Shown here: positions 1 to 7,075 of the stretch, piece after piece
Numbering within the stretch: position 1 is the stretch's first letter
How the letters are laid out: each line of letters begins with the position of its first letter
DNA from: a virus
Taxonomy: Duplodnaviria > Caudoviricetes
Length of the DNA: 64,000 nucleotides
Virus record (IMG/VR): IMGVR_UViG_3300028602_000007
Location: 1-64,000 of that record
Direction: 5' to 3' (one strand)
Made by a program: the position numbers and the translations under genes
Notes under the pieces: generated by a model
Database searches by the model: none
Told to the model about the DNA's origin: nothing
What the model saw: only the letters and a program-made list of their open reading frames with translations

Positions 1-191
1 GTGGCATTTTGTAAAATTTACTAGATTTTCTGTGAGTATGCTCAGTAAGTCTACGTTTTAAATCAATAGTAACCCCAACATACACTACATTATTAGATTC
101 ATTTAGTAATTCGTAAACCATATATGAATTCAAATATGAAATGTTTAGGTAAAAGACTTTCGAATGACTATAGCTTTACTACACTTTATAA

Positions 192-264
192 TGCCTTCTA
201 GTGTAATTGGTAACACGTCAGACTTTGACTCTGGAGAGTATGGGTTCGAGACCCGTGAAGGCAT
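192..264 (+). tRNA. tRNA-Gln(TTG)
   Basis: Cloverleaf with acceptor TGCCTTC/GAAGGCA, anticodon arm TCAGA-CTTTGAC-TCTGG and T-loop TTCGAGA. Confidence 0.93.
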
Positions 265-277
265 CTAATAACATTTT

Positions 278-367
278 GGAAGGTGAAGTCGTCTTATGGA
301 AAGGCAGCTAGTCTTGAAAACTAGATAGCAGGTTATGCTGCTCGGGGATCGGGTCCTCCTCCTTCCG
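278..367 (+). tRNA. tRNA-Ser(TGA), non-canonical (possible 8/4 fold)
   Basis: Anticodon arm CTAGT-CTTGAAA-ACTAG, long variable arm TAGCA/TGCTG, acceptor GGAAGG/CCTTCC with G73. G at position 8 and atypical T-loop ATCGGGT. Confidence 0.8.
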
Positions 368-483
368 CTTTTAAAATAAAGCTAATAGAGTGCAGAATTT
401 ATTAGAATCTTTAAATGTTGAAGCATTATTTTATTCTGCAAATTAATGGTGAGTAAGAGGTTTATTTGAAACCAAATTAATTT

Positions 484-567
484 ACCTGAATGGTGGAATT
501 AGGAATACACATAAGACTGAGGATCTTAGCCAGAAATGGTGTACGAGTTCGAATCTCGTTTCAGGTA
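484..567 (+). tRNA. tRNA-Leu(GAG)
   Basis: Acceptor ACCTGAA/TTCAGGT, anticodon arm TAAGA-CTGAGGA-TCTTA, variable arm, T-loop TTCGAAT. Confidence 0.92.
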
Positions 568-570
568 CAT

Positions 571-722
571 GCATAATAGTAATCATAATAATTACTTCGC
601 TTTGGAGCCGGTATATTATAGGTTCGAATCCTATCTCGGGGACAATTTTATTTTACAAATCTCGAGTGGCGGAATTGGTAGACGCGCCGTTATTGTAATA
701 CTATTTGAAACATTCTTTATGC
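571..722 (+). ncRNA. YrlA-like Y RNA 1 (permuted tRNA mimic, putative Ro60 ligand)
   Basis: Ends pair (GCATAA/TTATGC). Contains TTACTTCG, then T-arm ATAGG-TTCGAAT-CCTAT, acceptor stem CTCGGGG/TCTCGAG closed by an AT-rich loop, then D-arm GCG-GAATTGGTAGA-CGC. Ro60 gene lies 1.7 kb downstream. Confidence 0.8.
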
Positions 723-913
723 TATTTTAATAAATGGAATTTAATTGAAAAACATCATCATTCTATACTTTATGATAATGCGAAAGATTTATATAGAGAA
801 GATATTTGTTTAATTAATAGAACATTTTCTCTTGAAGAATTTGATGAAGCATTTTTATGATCATTTTCAGTTAAAGGAGATCGGTTTAATAGAGAAGTCA
901 AAATTTTAAAAAT

Positions 914-995
914 GCCCTTATGGCGTAATCGGTAGCCGCGCAGGTCTTAGGAACCTGTTTCGAAAGAAGTGTCAGTTCGAGTCTGACTAAGGGCA
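914..995 (+). tRNA. tRNA-Leu(TAG)
   Basis: Acceptor GCCCTTA/TAAGGGC, anticodon arm CAGGT-CTTAGGA-ACCTG, variable arm, T-loop TTCGAGT. Confidence 0.94.
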
Positions 996-1036
996 CTATT
1001 AAATAATTCTTTAAATTTAATATTAATATAATATAT

Positions 1037-1111
1037 GGTGTCTATAGTGTTAACGGTTAGCACAGAAGTTTGTGGAGCTTTTAGTGACCAGTTCGAATCT
1101 GGCTAGACACC
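1037..1111 (+). tRNA. tRNA-His(GTG)
   Basis: G-1 plus acceptor GTGTCTA/TAGACAC with C73, anticodon loop TTGTGGA. Confidence 0.93.
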
Positions 1112-1188
1112 CATTTTTAAATACTCCAGAAGGTTAAGAATTATATGTACGGCCTACTGAAGAATTAATCAATTATGAAAATAAAATT

Positions 1189-1345
1189 AAGCAATAGTAA
1201 TTCATAACAGTTACTTCGATTTCCATCTTAAGGAAGAGGTTGATGGTTCGAGTCCATCTTGTGGCACAAATATTAATTAAAATTGCCACAATAGCTCAAT
1301 CAGTAGAGTACTTAGAAAATATACTGTTTGATTCATTCTTTGCTT
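1189..1345 (+). ncRNA. YrlA-like Y RNA 2 (permuted tRNA mimic, putative Ro60 ligand)
   Basis: Ends pair (AAGCAA/TTGCTT) with an inner AACAGT/ACTGTT helix. Contains GTTACTTCG, T-arm GATGG-TTCGAGT-CCATC, closed acceptor stem TTGTGGC/GCCACAA, then D-arm TAGCTCAATCAGTAGAGT. Same flanking motifs as 571-722. Confidence 0.85.
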
Positions 1346-1353
1346 TTTTTTTT

Positions 1354-1439
1354 GGAAGATTTCTCCTAAATGGTAAAGGTCCAGACTGCTAATCTGGTGT
1401 CGTGAAAACGACATATGAGTTCGACTCTCATATCTTCCG
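1354..1439 (+). tRNA. tRNA-Ser(GCT)
   Basis: Acceptor GGAAGAT/ATCTTCC with G73, anticodon arm CCAGA-CTGCTAA-TCTGG, long variable arm TGTCG/CGACA. Confidence 0.9.
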
Positions 1440-1482
1440 CTAAAAATAAACCTAATATTTATAATTAGGTATAATATTAATT

Positions 1483-1767
1483 ATGAATAAAACATTAATT
1501 GAATATTGGTCATTTCCAAAACCAAATAATTATTTAGTTAAAAATGATAATTATGAATTAATTGAAACTGGAAAAGTTCGAACTCGTGTATTTTTTGCAT
1601 GGTTACCAGTTTATATAGGTCGAGCATTATTTGTTCCATTAAAAGACTACAAATTTAAATGGTTTAGATATGTAAGAGTTACAGAAAAAAAAGTTAAACA
1701 AAGATTTACTTTTTTTGATGATGGCTGGACATATCAAAATTATTGGGGAAAATGGAGTTCATATTAG
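1483..1767 (+). CDS. hypothetical protein
   Basis: 94-aa ORF after a promoter-like GGTATAAT, lying between tRNA genes. Confidence 0.55.
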   Translation: MNKTLIEYWSFPKPNNYLVKNDNYELIETGKVRTRVFFAWLPVYIGRALFVPLKDYKFKWFRYVRVTEKKVKQRFTFFDDGWTYQNYWGKWSSY

Positions 1768-1792
1768 GATATTATTGATGTAGAAAAATTAT

Positions 1793-1876
1793 GACCCCGT
1801 ATCTCAACGGTCTTCTAAACCGTGTCGTTAAATGAGTAATTGGAGTGACGTATGGGTTCGAATCCCATCGGGGTCT
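1793..1876 (+). tRNA. atypical tRNA-Arg(TCT) lacking a canonical D-arm
   Basis: Perfect acceptor GACCCCG/CGGGGTC, anticodon arm ACGGT-CTTCTAA-ACCGT and T-arm ATGGG-TTCGAAT-CCCAT. Only 7 nt separate the acceptor and anticodon stems; variable region is 28 nt. Confidence 0.75.
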
Positions 1877-1951
1877 CTTTTTAGATTAAACAATATCTTA
1901 TTTAATAGTAGGTTTGAATCCTACCAGGTACATTAAATATTTAAATAAAAT

Positions 1952-2028
1952 ACGCTCGTATTGGCCTAGTCTTCGAAACTAGAGACGCATAATGGATGAA
2001 AATGTGGGTTCGAGTCCCATCGAGCGTT
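1952..2028 (+). tRNA. atypical tRNA-Arg(TCG) lacking a canonical D-arm
   Basis: Perfect acceptor ACGCTCG/CGAGCGT, anticodon arm CTAGT-CTTCGAA-ACTAG, T-arm GTGGG-TTCGAGT-CCCAT, 7-nt connector and 21-nt variable region. Confidence 0.75.
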
Positions 2029-2105
2029 CTAATAAAACAAAGGTTTATGAGAAAATAAAAACATAAGTTTGAATTTTATAAATCCTCATGCGTTCATAGA
2101 AAGTC

Positions 2106-2179
2106 GACTCAGTAGCTCAGCGGATTAGAGTATATCCCTGCGAAGGATATGGTCGTGCGTTCGAATCGCACCTGAGTCT
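2106..2179 (+). tRNA. tRNA-Arg(GCG)
   Basis: Canonical cloverleaf, acceptor GACTCAG/CTGAGTC, anticodon arm TATCC-CTGCGAA-GGATA, D-loop GGA (A20). Confidence 0.92.
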
Positions 2180-2237
2180 CATAAAAGTATCACAGACTAA
2201 AGGTTCGAATTCTTTTAACGATACAATATAAATATAT

Positions 2238-2311
2238 GGTCCTGTACTCAAGTGGCTTAAGGGAGCTGTCTGCAAAACAGTTATTCGTCAGTTCGAATCT
2301 GACCAGGGCCT
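2238..2311 (+). tRNA. tRNA-Cys(GCA)
   Basis: Acceptor GGTCCTG/CAGGGCC with U73, anticodon loop CTGCAAA. Confidence 0.93.
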
Positions 2312-2395
2312 CTAAGACTTTTTGCGCAAATGAGTCCAATTACAAATTAAAGTAGTATAATAGCTACAATTATTAACTTAAAAAAACCGATACTA

Positions 2396-4024
2396 ATGGC
2401 AAAATTTAGAAATGCAAATCTTCGTCAACGTATGGATAACATGCAACCTGACGAAAAGGTCGTTACAGCTAACGCGATTCCAAAGCCAAACACTGTTAAT
2501 CGTTCGGGCGGAAAAGCTTATAAATTAGATAAGTGGTTGCGACTTATTACAATGTTAAATACATTGAAATTACAAAACCAATATTACCGTTCTGAAAATT
2601 CAACAATGAAGGAACTTAAATCGTTGGTTGCACAATGTGCAGTAGAAGATCCATATTTGGTTGCACAATGTATTGTATATTCTCGTTGTTTAGGTGAAGG
2701 CATGCGATCAATCAACCACTTAGCTGGTAGCTATTTAGCACCATACCTTGCTGGTCAAGATTGGGCTAAACGTTTTTATTCACTATGGGATAAACGAAAT
2801 AATAAAGGAGGTATGATTTACCGACCTGATGACATGAGCGAAATTCTTGCAGCTTTTTCAGCAATGAATAAAGTTAAAGCAACTAATGCAATGAAGAAAG
2901 GTTTCTCTGATGCAATTGAAAGATTAGATGCATATTCTATTCTTAAATATAAGTCTTCATTAATTGATGTAATTAATATAGTTCACCCTAATCCTAATAA
3001 ATCAAAAGCATTTGTTAATTATAAAGGTGAATCAATTAAAGCAATTGATGCAGTTATTAAAGGATTATCAGTGTCAGCTGATACTTGGGAATCTGCACAA
3101 TCTGAGGCTGGACAAATTGTTGCAAAAGCAGTAAAAGAAGGCAAGATTGATAAAAAGGAAGCAGAAAAAGTTCTTAAAGAAGCAAAGTCAGATAACTGGG
3201 CAGGTCTATTGAAAGATGGTAAGCTTGGTATTTTAGCAGCTCTTCGTAATATTAGAAATATTTTAAAAGTTACAAAAGATGAAACTACTCTTCGTCAACT
3301 TGAAATGTTACTATCAGACGGAGATGCTATTCGAAAAGGACTTATTATGCCATATCAAATTGACTTAGCTACAGAAGTTATTGCTAGTGAATTCAAATCA
3401 ATGAATTCACGTGGAATTCAATCTGCATTAGCTAAAGGATATGAAGCTGCTGTTCCAAATTTAGCACAAGCATTGCCAGGTAAAAACTTAGTAATGATTG
3501 ATATTTCCGGTTCTATGAACTGGACAAATATGGTAAATGGAGCAAAAAAAGCAGCTTATAGCAAATCATGTATGGATAAAGCTTCATTAATTGGTGCAAC
3601 AATTGCTAAAGCAACTAATGCTGATGTTATTGTATTCGGATCGTCTGCTGAATATAAACAATATAATCCAAACTCTAGTGTTTTTGAAATTGCAAATGCA
3701 TTTAAAGGAAACGGTGGAGGTACTAGTTTAGCATCTGCTTGGAAAGTTGCTCAAAAAAGCGGCGAAACATATGATAGAGTATTCATATTGTCAGATAATA
3801 TTGCAAACAAAGGAAGTTCTTATAATGCATATAAAAGTTATGTGGCAAATATTGGAAATCCATATGTTTACTCAGTAGACCTTGGAGCTTATGGCACAAC
3901 ACAATTAGTTGGAGACAAAGTTCGATACTACTATGGATTTGGATATGCAATGTTCGAAGATATTGCAAATTCAGAATTTAATCCAACTGCACACTTTGAT
4001 AAAATTCGAGAAATCGTAATTTAA
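2396..4024 (+). CDS. Ro60/Rsr-like TROVE-domain RNA-binding protein with C-terminal vWA domain
   Basis: N-terminal NxxGGxAY, TROVE-type ALRNIRNI, vWA MIDAS motif DISGSM, GGT and ILSD motifs, 542 aa, Y-like RNAs nearby. Confidence 0.9.
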   Translation: MAKFRNANLRQRMDNMQPDEKVVTANAIPKPNTVNRSGGKAYKLDKWLRLITMLNTLKLQNQYYRSENSTMKELKSLVAQCAVEDPYLVAQCIVYSRCLGEGMRSINHLAGSYLAPYLAGQDWAKRFYSLWDKRNNKGGMIYRPDDMSEILAAFSAMNKVKATNAMKKGFSDAIERLDAYSILKYKSSLIDVINIVHPNPNKSKAFVNYKGESIKAIDAVIKGLSVSADTWESAQSEAGQIVAKAVKEGKIDKKEAEKVLKEAKSDNWAGLLKDGKLGILAALRNIRNILKVTKDETTLRQLEMLLSDGDAIRKGLIMPYQIDLATEVIASEFKSMNSRGIQSALAKGYEAAVPNLAQALPGKNLVMIDISGSMNWTNMVNGAKKAAYSKSCMDKASLIGATIAKATNADVIVFGSSAEYKQYNPNSSVFEIANAFKGNGGGTSLASAWKVAQKSGETYDRVFILSDNIANKGSSYNAYKSYVANIGNPYVYSVDLGAYGTTQLVGDKVRYYYGFGYAMFEDIANSEFNPTAHFDKIREIVI

Positions 4025-4028
4025 GTAT

Positions 4029-4058
4029 AAAAGCTATTCATTTGAATAGCTTTTTTTT
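4029..4058 (+). terminator. Rho-independent terminator after Ro60
   Basis: AAGCTATTC-ATTT-GAATAGCTT followed by a T-run. Confidence 0.85.
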
Positions 4059-4275
4059 ATGTTTAAATAGCCATTCATTTTAACTAATTAGTATATTAGA
4101 ATTAATAGAAAATAAATTATATGAATTCAATACACCTAATGAATTTGTTTCTGACTTAATAAATAGATTATCTGCTAAGTTTGATAATGTATATATGAGT
4201 TTTGCAGAAGATGGATCTAAAATAATAAAACACAAATATTAAAACTATTTTAGTTTTGTATATATAAAAATATAT

Positions 4276-4351
4276 CGCGGGGTGGACTGGAGATGGCTAC
4301 CAGCTTGGTCTCATAAGCCAAATGACGCGGGTTCGAGTCCCGCTCCCGCTA
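4276..4351 (+). tRNA. tRNA-Met(CAT), probably initiator
   Basis: CGCGGGG...TCCCGCT with C1:U72 mismatch, anticodon loop CTCATAA. Confidence 0.88.
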
Positions 4352-4874
4352 CTTTTGGTAATAAAAATTACCTTTCATTTTTTTTGATTTTTAACCTTTG
4401 TTTTAACTAACAAAGGTTTTTTATTTAAAATAAATAATTTTATGAAAAAGATCGATTTCAACTTCTAAAATTCGAATATCTAAGGAAGTGCGAGCTAAAT
4501 TAATAGATCCAACTAATAATTTTAGAATCATAACAGATCACACCAGAAATACAAATAATAGAATTAAATAGTTATACTATTTGGAAATGGAAGGTCACGC
4601 CTTTATCACCAAGAAGTCAACTCTAATAATTAGAGTTGATATTATCATAGATGGAATCTCCAAATCAGTTAATGTATATGAAGGAAATATTGCAATTATT
4701 TCAAATGAAACAATTTTTGGCAAAAATAATTAATTTTATTAAAGATAATTGGAAATATTTATTATCTATATTAATTCTACTATTTGGCATATATGTTTAT
4801 ACAAACAGAAAGAAAACCAAATCAACAAAAAAGTAGTATAATAAATTATTATAAATAAAAAGGAGGAACTTAAA

Positions 4875-5351
4875 ATTCAAACTTTTTTACCATATAGTGG
4901 ATTTCAAGAATCAGCAATAATTCTTGATAAAAAACGAGCTTGGAAACAAGTTGTTGAATCAAAACAATTAATATGTTCATTAAGAGCAAATAATTTACCA
5001 AATGATTGGATTGAAACCAAATCTTATCAAACTCAGCCGTTTAAAAATCATCCAGCTAGATTAATGTGGAAAGGATATGAAGAATTATTAAAACTCTATT
5101 TTAATGATTTTTTAGAAGTATGTAAACTCACACATAAGATAAATACAAAAATGGAACCATTAATAATTAACATAGATCTTATTAAATTTCCATTTTGGTT
5201 AGGTATTGAAAACTTTCATAGAGCAATGCGTAGTCGATTAATTGAAAAAAATAGAGAATATTATCTTCCGTTATTTCCAAATGATGATGGATTTAATGAA
5301 AGTAAATATTTTTGGCCAATTATGGAAACTCAAAAATTTAAAGTAATATGA
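4875..5351 (+). CDS. pyrimidine-dimer DNA glycosylase/DenV-like family protein (ATT start)
   Basis: Frame opens upstream of the tracked ORF (5064) as (I)QTFLPY...LDKKRAWKQVVE...HPARLMWKGYE...PFWLG..FH, with AGGAGG just upstream. Confidence 0.7.
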   Translation: MQTFLPYSGFQESAIILDKKRAWKQVVESKQLICSLRANNLPNDWIETKSYQTQPFKNHPARLMWKGYEELLKLYFNDFLEVCKLTHKINTKMEPLIINIDLIKFPFWLGIENFHRAMRSRLIEKNREYYLPLFPNDDGFNESKYFWPIMETQKFKVI

Positions 5352-5554
5352 AAAAAAGAGGAGTCGGTATTTGTTCAAATTGCTTAAACGAATTTAAGTA
5401 TATTGATTTAGTTAGAGTACATATTTTAAGTAAGTTTGGAATTCCATATATTGCACCATATTGTAAAAAATGTGCAAAACTAAAATATCCAAATTTTATA
5501 GAATTTAAAGTTAAAGAATCAGTTGCTTTGCCTAGAGTTAAAAATAAAAATTAA
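5348..5554 (+). CDS. small putative zinc-binding protein
   Basis: Two CxxC motifs, overlaps the upstream stop codon. Confidence 0.55.
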   Translation: MKKRGVGICSNCLNEFKYIDLVRVHILSKFGIPYIAPYCKKCAKLKYPNFIEFKVKESVALPRVKNKN

Positions 5555-5558
5555 TAAT

Positions 5559-5909
5559 ATGAATGATACAACCAAATCTATTAAAAAATTATTTAATGAA
5601 TTTAAATTGGGAAATTCATTAATAACTGCGAGGTATTCGTTAAATAAAGAAACTATTTTGACTGGAAATATTCCAGAAAAAGAGATCATTAATATAATCG
5701 ATAAAAACATTATAACTGAGTTTGCAAATGAAGTATCGCGAAGCCATCCATCTGCAATTAAAGAAGTTGAATCTGACATGCCAGATATACGAATTCGCGA
5801 ACTTCAAATGTTAGTATTAAATCCTGCTGATTTTAAAACAATCCTAGAATCAGCAATCCAATTATTAACCGAAGAAGAATTAACTAAAATTAGAAATTAT
5901 GAAATTTAA
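5559..5909 (+). CDS. hypothetical protein
   Basis: ORF in a tightly packed operon; probable start MNDTT. Confidence 0.6.
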   Translation: MNDTTKSIKKLFNEFKLGNSLITARYSLNKETILTGNIPEKEIINIIDKNIITEFANEVSRSHPSAIKEVESDMPDIRIRELQMLVLNPADFKTILESAIQLLTEEELTKIRNYEI

Positions 5910-6198
5910 AGAAAATATCATTAAGAATATTAGTAATATTGCTTCATATATAATAGTATTAGCAATAGGTTTTATTATTGGATATTATTATTTAATAATA
6001 TATAATGCTAAAGAAACACAATCTTCTCCAATTATTGAAGTTAATGATTTACAAGACATTTCAATTGGATTTACAGATCGTAATGAATTAATGATTATTA
6101 AAAGAGAAACTGGAAAATATGTAGTATATGAAGATTCGGTTGCAATAGTAATTTTTAATACACTAATGAATAAAAAATATAATTTGGAGGTCAATTAA
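5899..6198 (+). CDS. membrane-anchored hypothetical protein
   Basis: N-terminal hydrophobic helix, directly upstream of the SLT gene. Confidence 0.65.
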   Translation: MKFKENIIKNISNIASYIIVLAIGFIIGYYYLIIYNAKETQSSPIIEVNDLQDISIGFTDRNELMIIKRETGKYVVYEDSVAIVIFNTLMNKKYNLEVN

Positions 6199-6720
6199 AT
6201 GAAACGAATATTTCTTATTTTATTTTCAATATTAATTTTATTAATTGGAGCGGCTTGGTCTTATGAAAAATCGCCAAATCAAAATATTAAGTTTACTGAA
6301 AAGCCTGTAGTTTTTGAAGAACTACCAACTAGTGTTAATATTTATGAGTATATTTTAAAATATTCTGAAAAATATAATGTTCCTATTAGTATTTCATTAG
6401 GCGTTGCTAGACTTGAAACAAGTTATTTAGGAATATTTCACTGGTCATATAATCCCATCCAAACATCATATGCGGCTGCTTATGGAATAATGCAAATACA
6501 AGAACCAACAGCATCGTATATCCAGAAAAGAAATGTTACTAAAGATGAACTTTTATATAATTATGAATTTAATATAGAAACCTCAATAAAATATCTATCA
6601 ATATTATATGATAGATATAGCGATTGGCAAAAAGCATTAGGATATTATCATACAGGATATCCAATCGTAAACTGGTATGCATTAAATGTAACACAAGGAA
6701 TTAAATCAACAGACGGATAA
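6199..6720 (+). CDS. secreted lytic transglycosylase (SLT domain)
   Basis: Signal/anchor peptide and motifs ARLETS, AYGIMQI, ALGYYHTG. Confidence 0.88.
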   Translation: MKRIFLILFSILILLIGAAWSYEKSPNQNIKFTEKPVVFEELPTSVNIYEYILKYSEKYNVPISISLGVARLETSYLGIFHWSYNPIQTSYAAAYGIMQIQEPTASYIQKRNVTKDELLYNYEFNIETSIKYLSILYDRYSDWQKALGYYHTGYPIVNWYALNVTQGIKSTDG

Positions 6721-6810
6721 TTAAAAATTAAATAAGATGATTAACTTTTGTAATCAATGTTCAAATTTACTTTTTGGAAAAAACGTAGAAACTTAAAAAA
6801 AATAAAATTT

Positions 6811-7002
6811 ATGGAAACTAATTATAAAATTGAATTTGTTAAATCAAAAAGACGTTTATCTAAACAATATTTTTGGAGAGTTAAAAGCTCAAATGGACAA
6901 ATTATATTAACATCAGAAACTTATAAAAATAAAACATTTGCAATAAAAATTTCTCAAAATTTCGCAACTGCTTTAAATTGTTTATGGGTTGATCTTACTT
7001 AA
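6811..7002 (+). CDS. YegP/DUF1508-like small protein
   Basis: YFWRVKSSNGQIILTSETY motif. Confidence 0.7.
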   Translation: METNYKIEFVKSKRRLSKQYFWRVKSSNGQIILTSETYKNKTFAIKISQNFATALNCLWVDLT

Positions 7003-7075
7003 TTGCTTTGTATTAATTAATTAATTAATTTTATTAAAAACATCAGATAAATAATAAAAATTTATCTGATGTTTT

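Noticed and set aside
1-190. Possible structured RNA at the window start
   Set aside because: Only short hairpins and truncated by the window edge; cannot be assigned
381-475. Possible third Y-like RNA (TGCAGAAT/ATTCTGCA stem)
   Set aside because: No T-arm, D-arm or TTACTTCG motif; one stem is not enough
536-730. 64-aa ORF in the track
   Set aside because: Overlaps tRNA-Leu(GAG) and Y-like RNA 1; spurious
571-1345. Permuted elements as two-piece tmRNA
   Set aside because: They have paired D-stems, lack the tmRNA-type alanine acceptor end and tag ORF, and occur twice near Ro60; YrlA fits better
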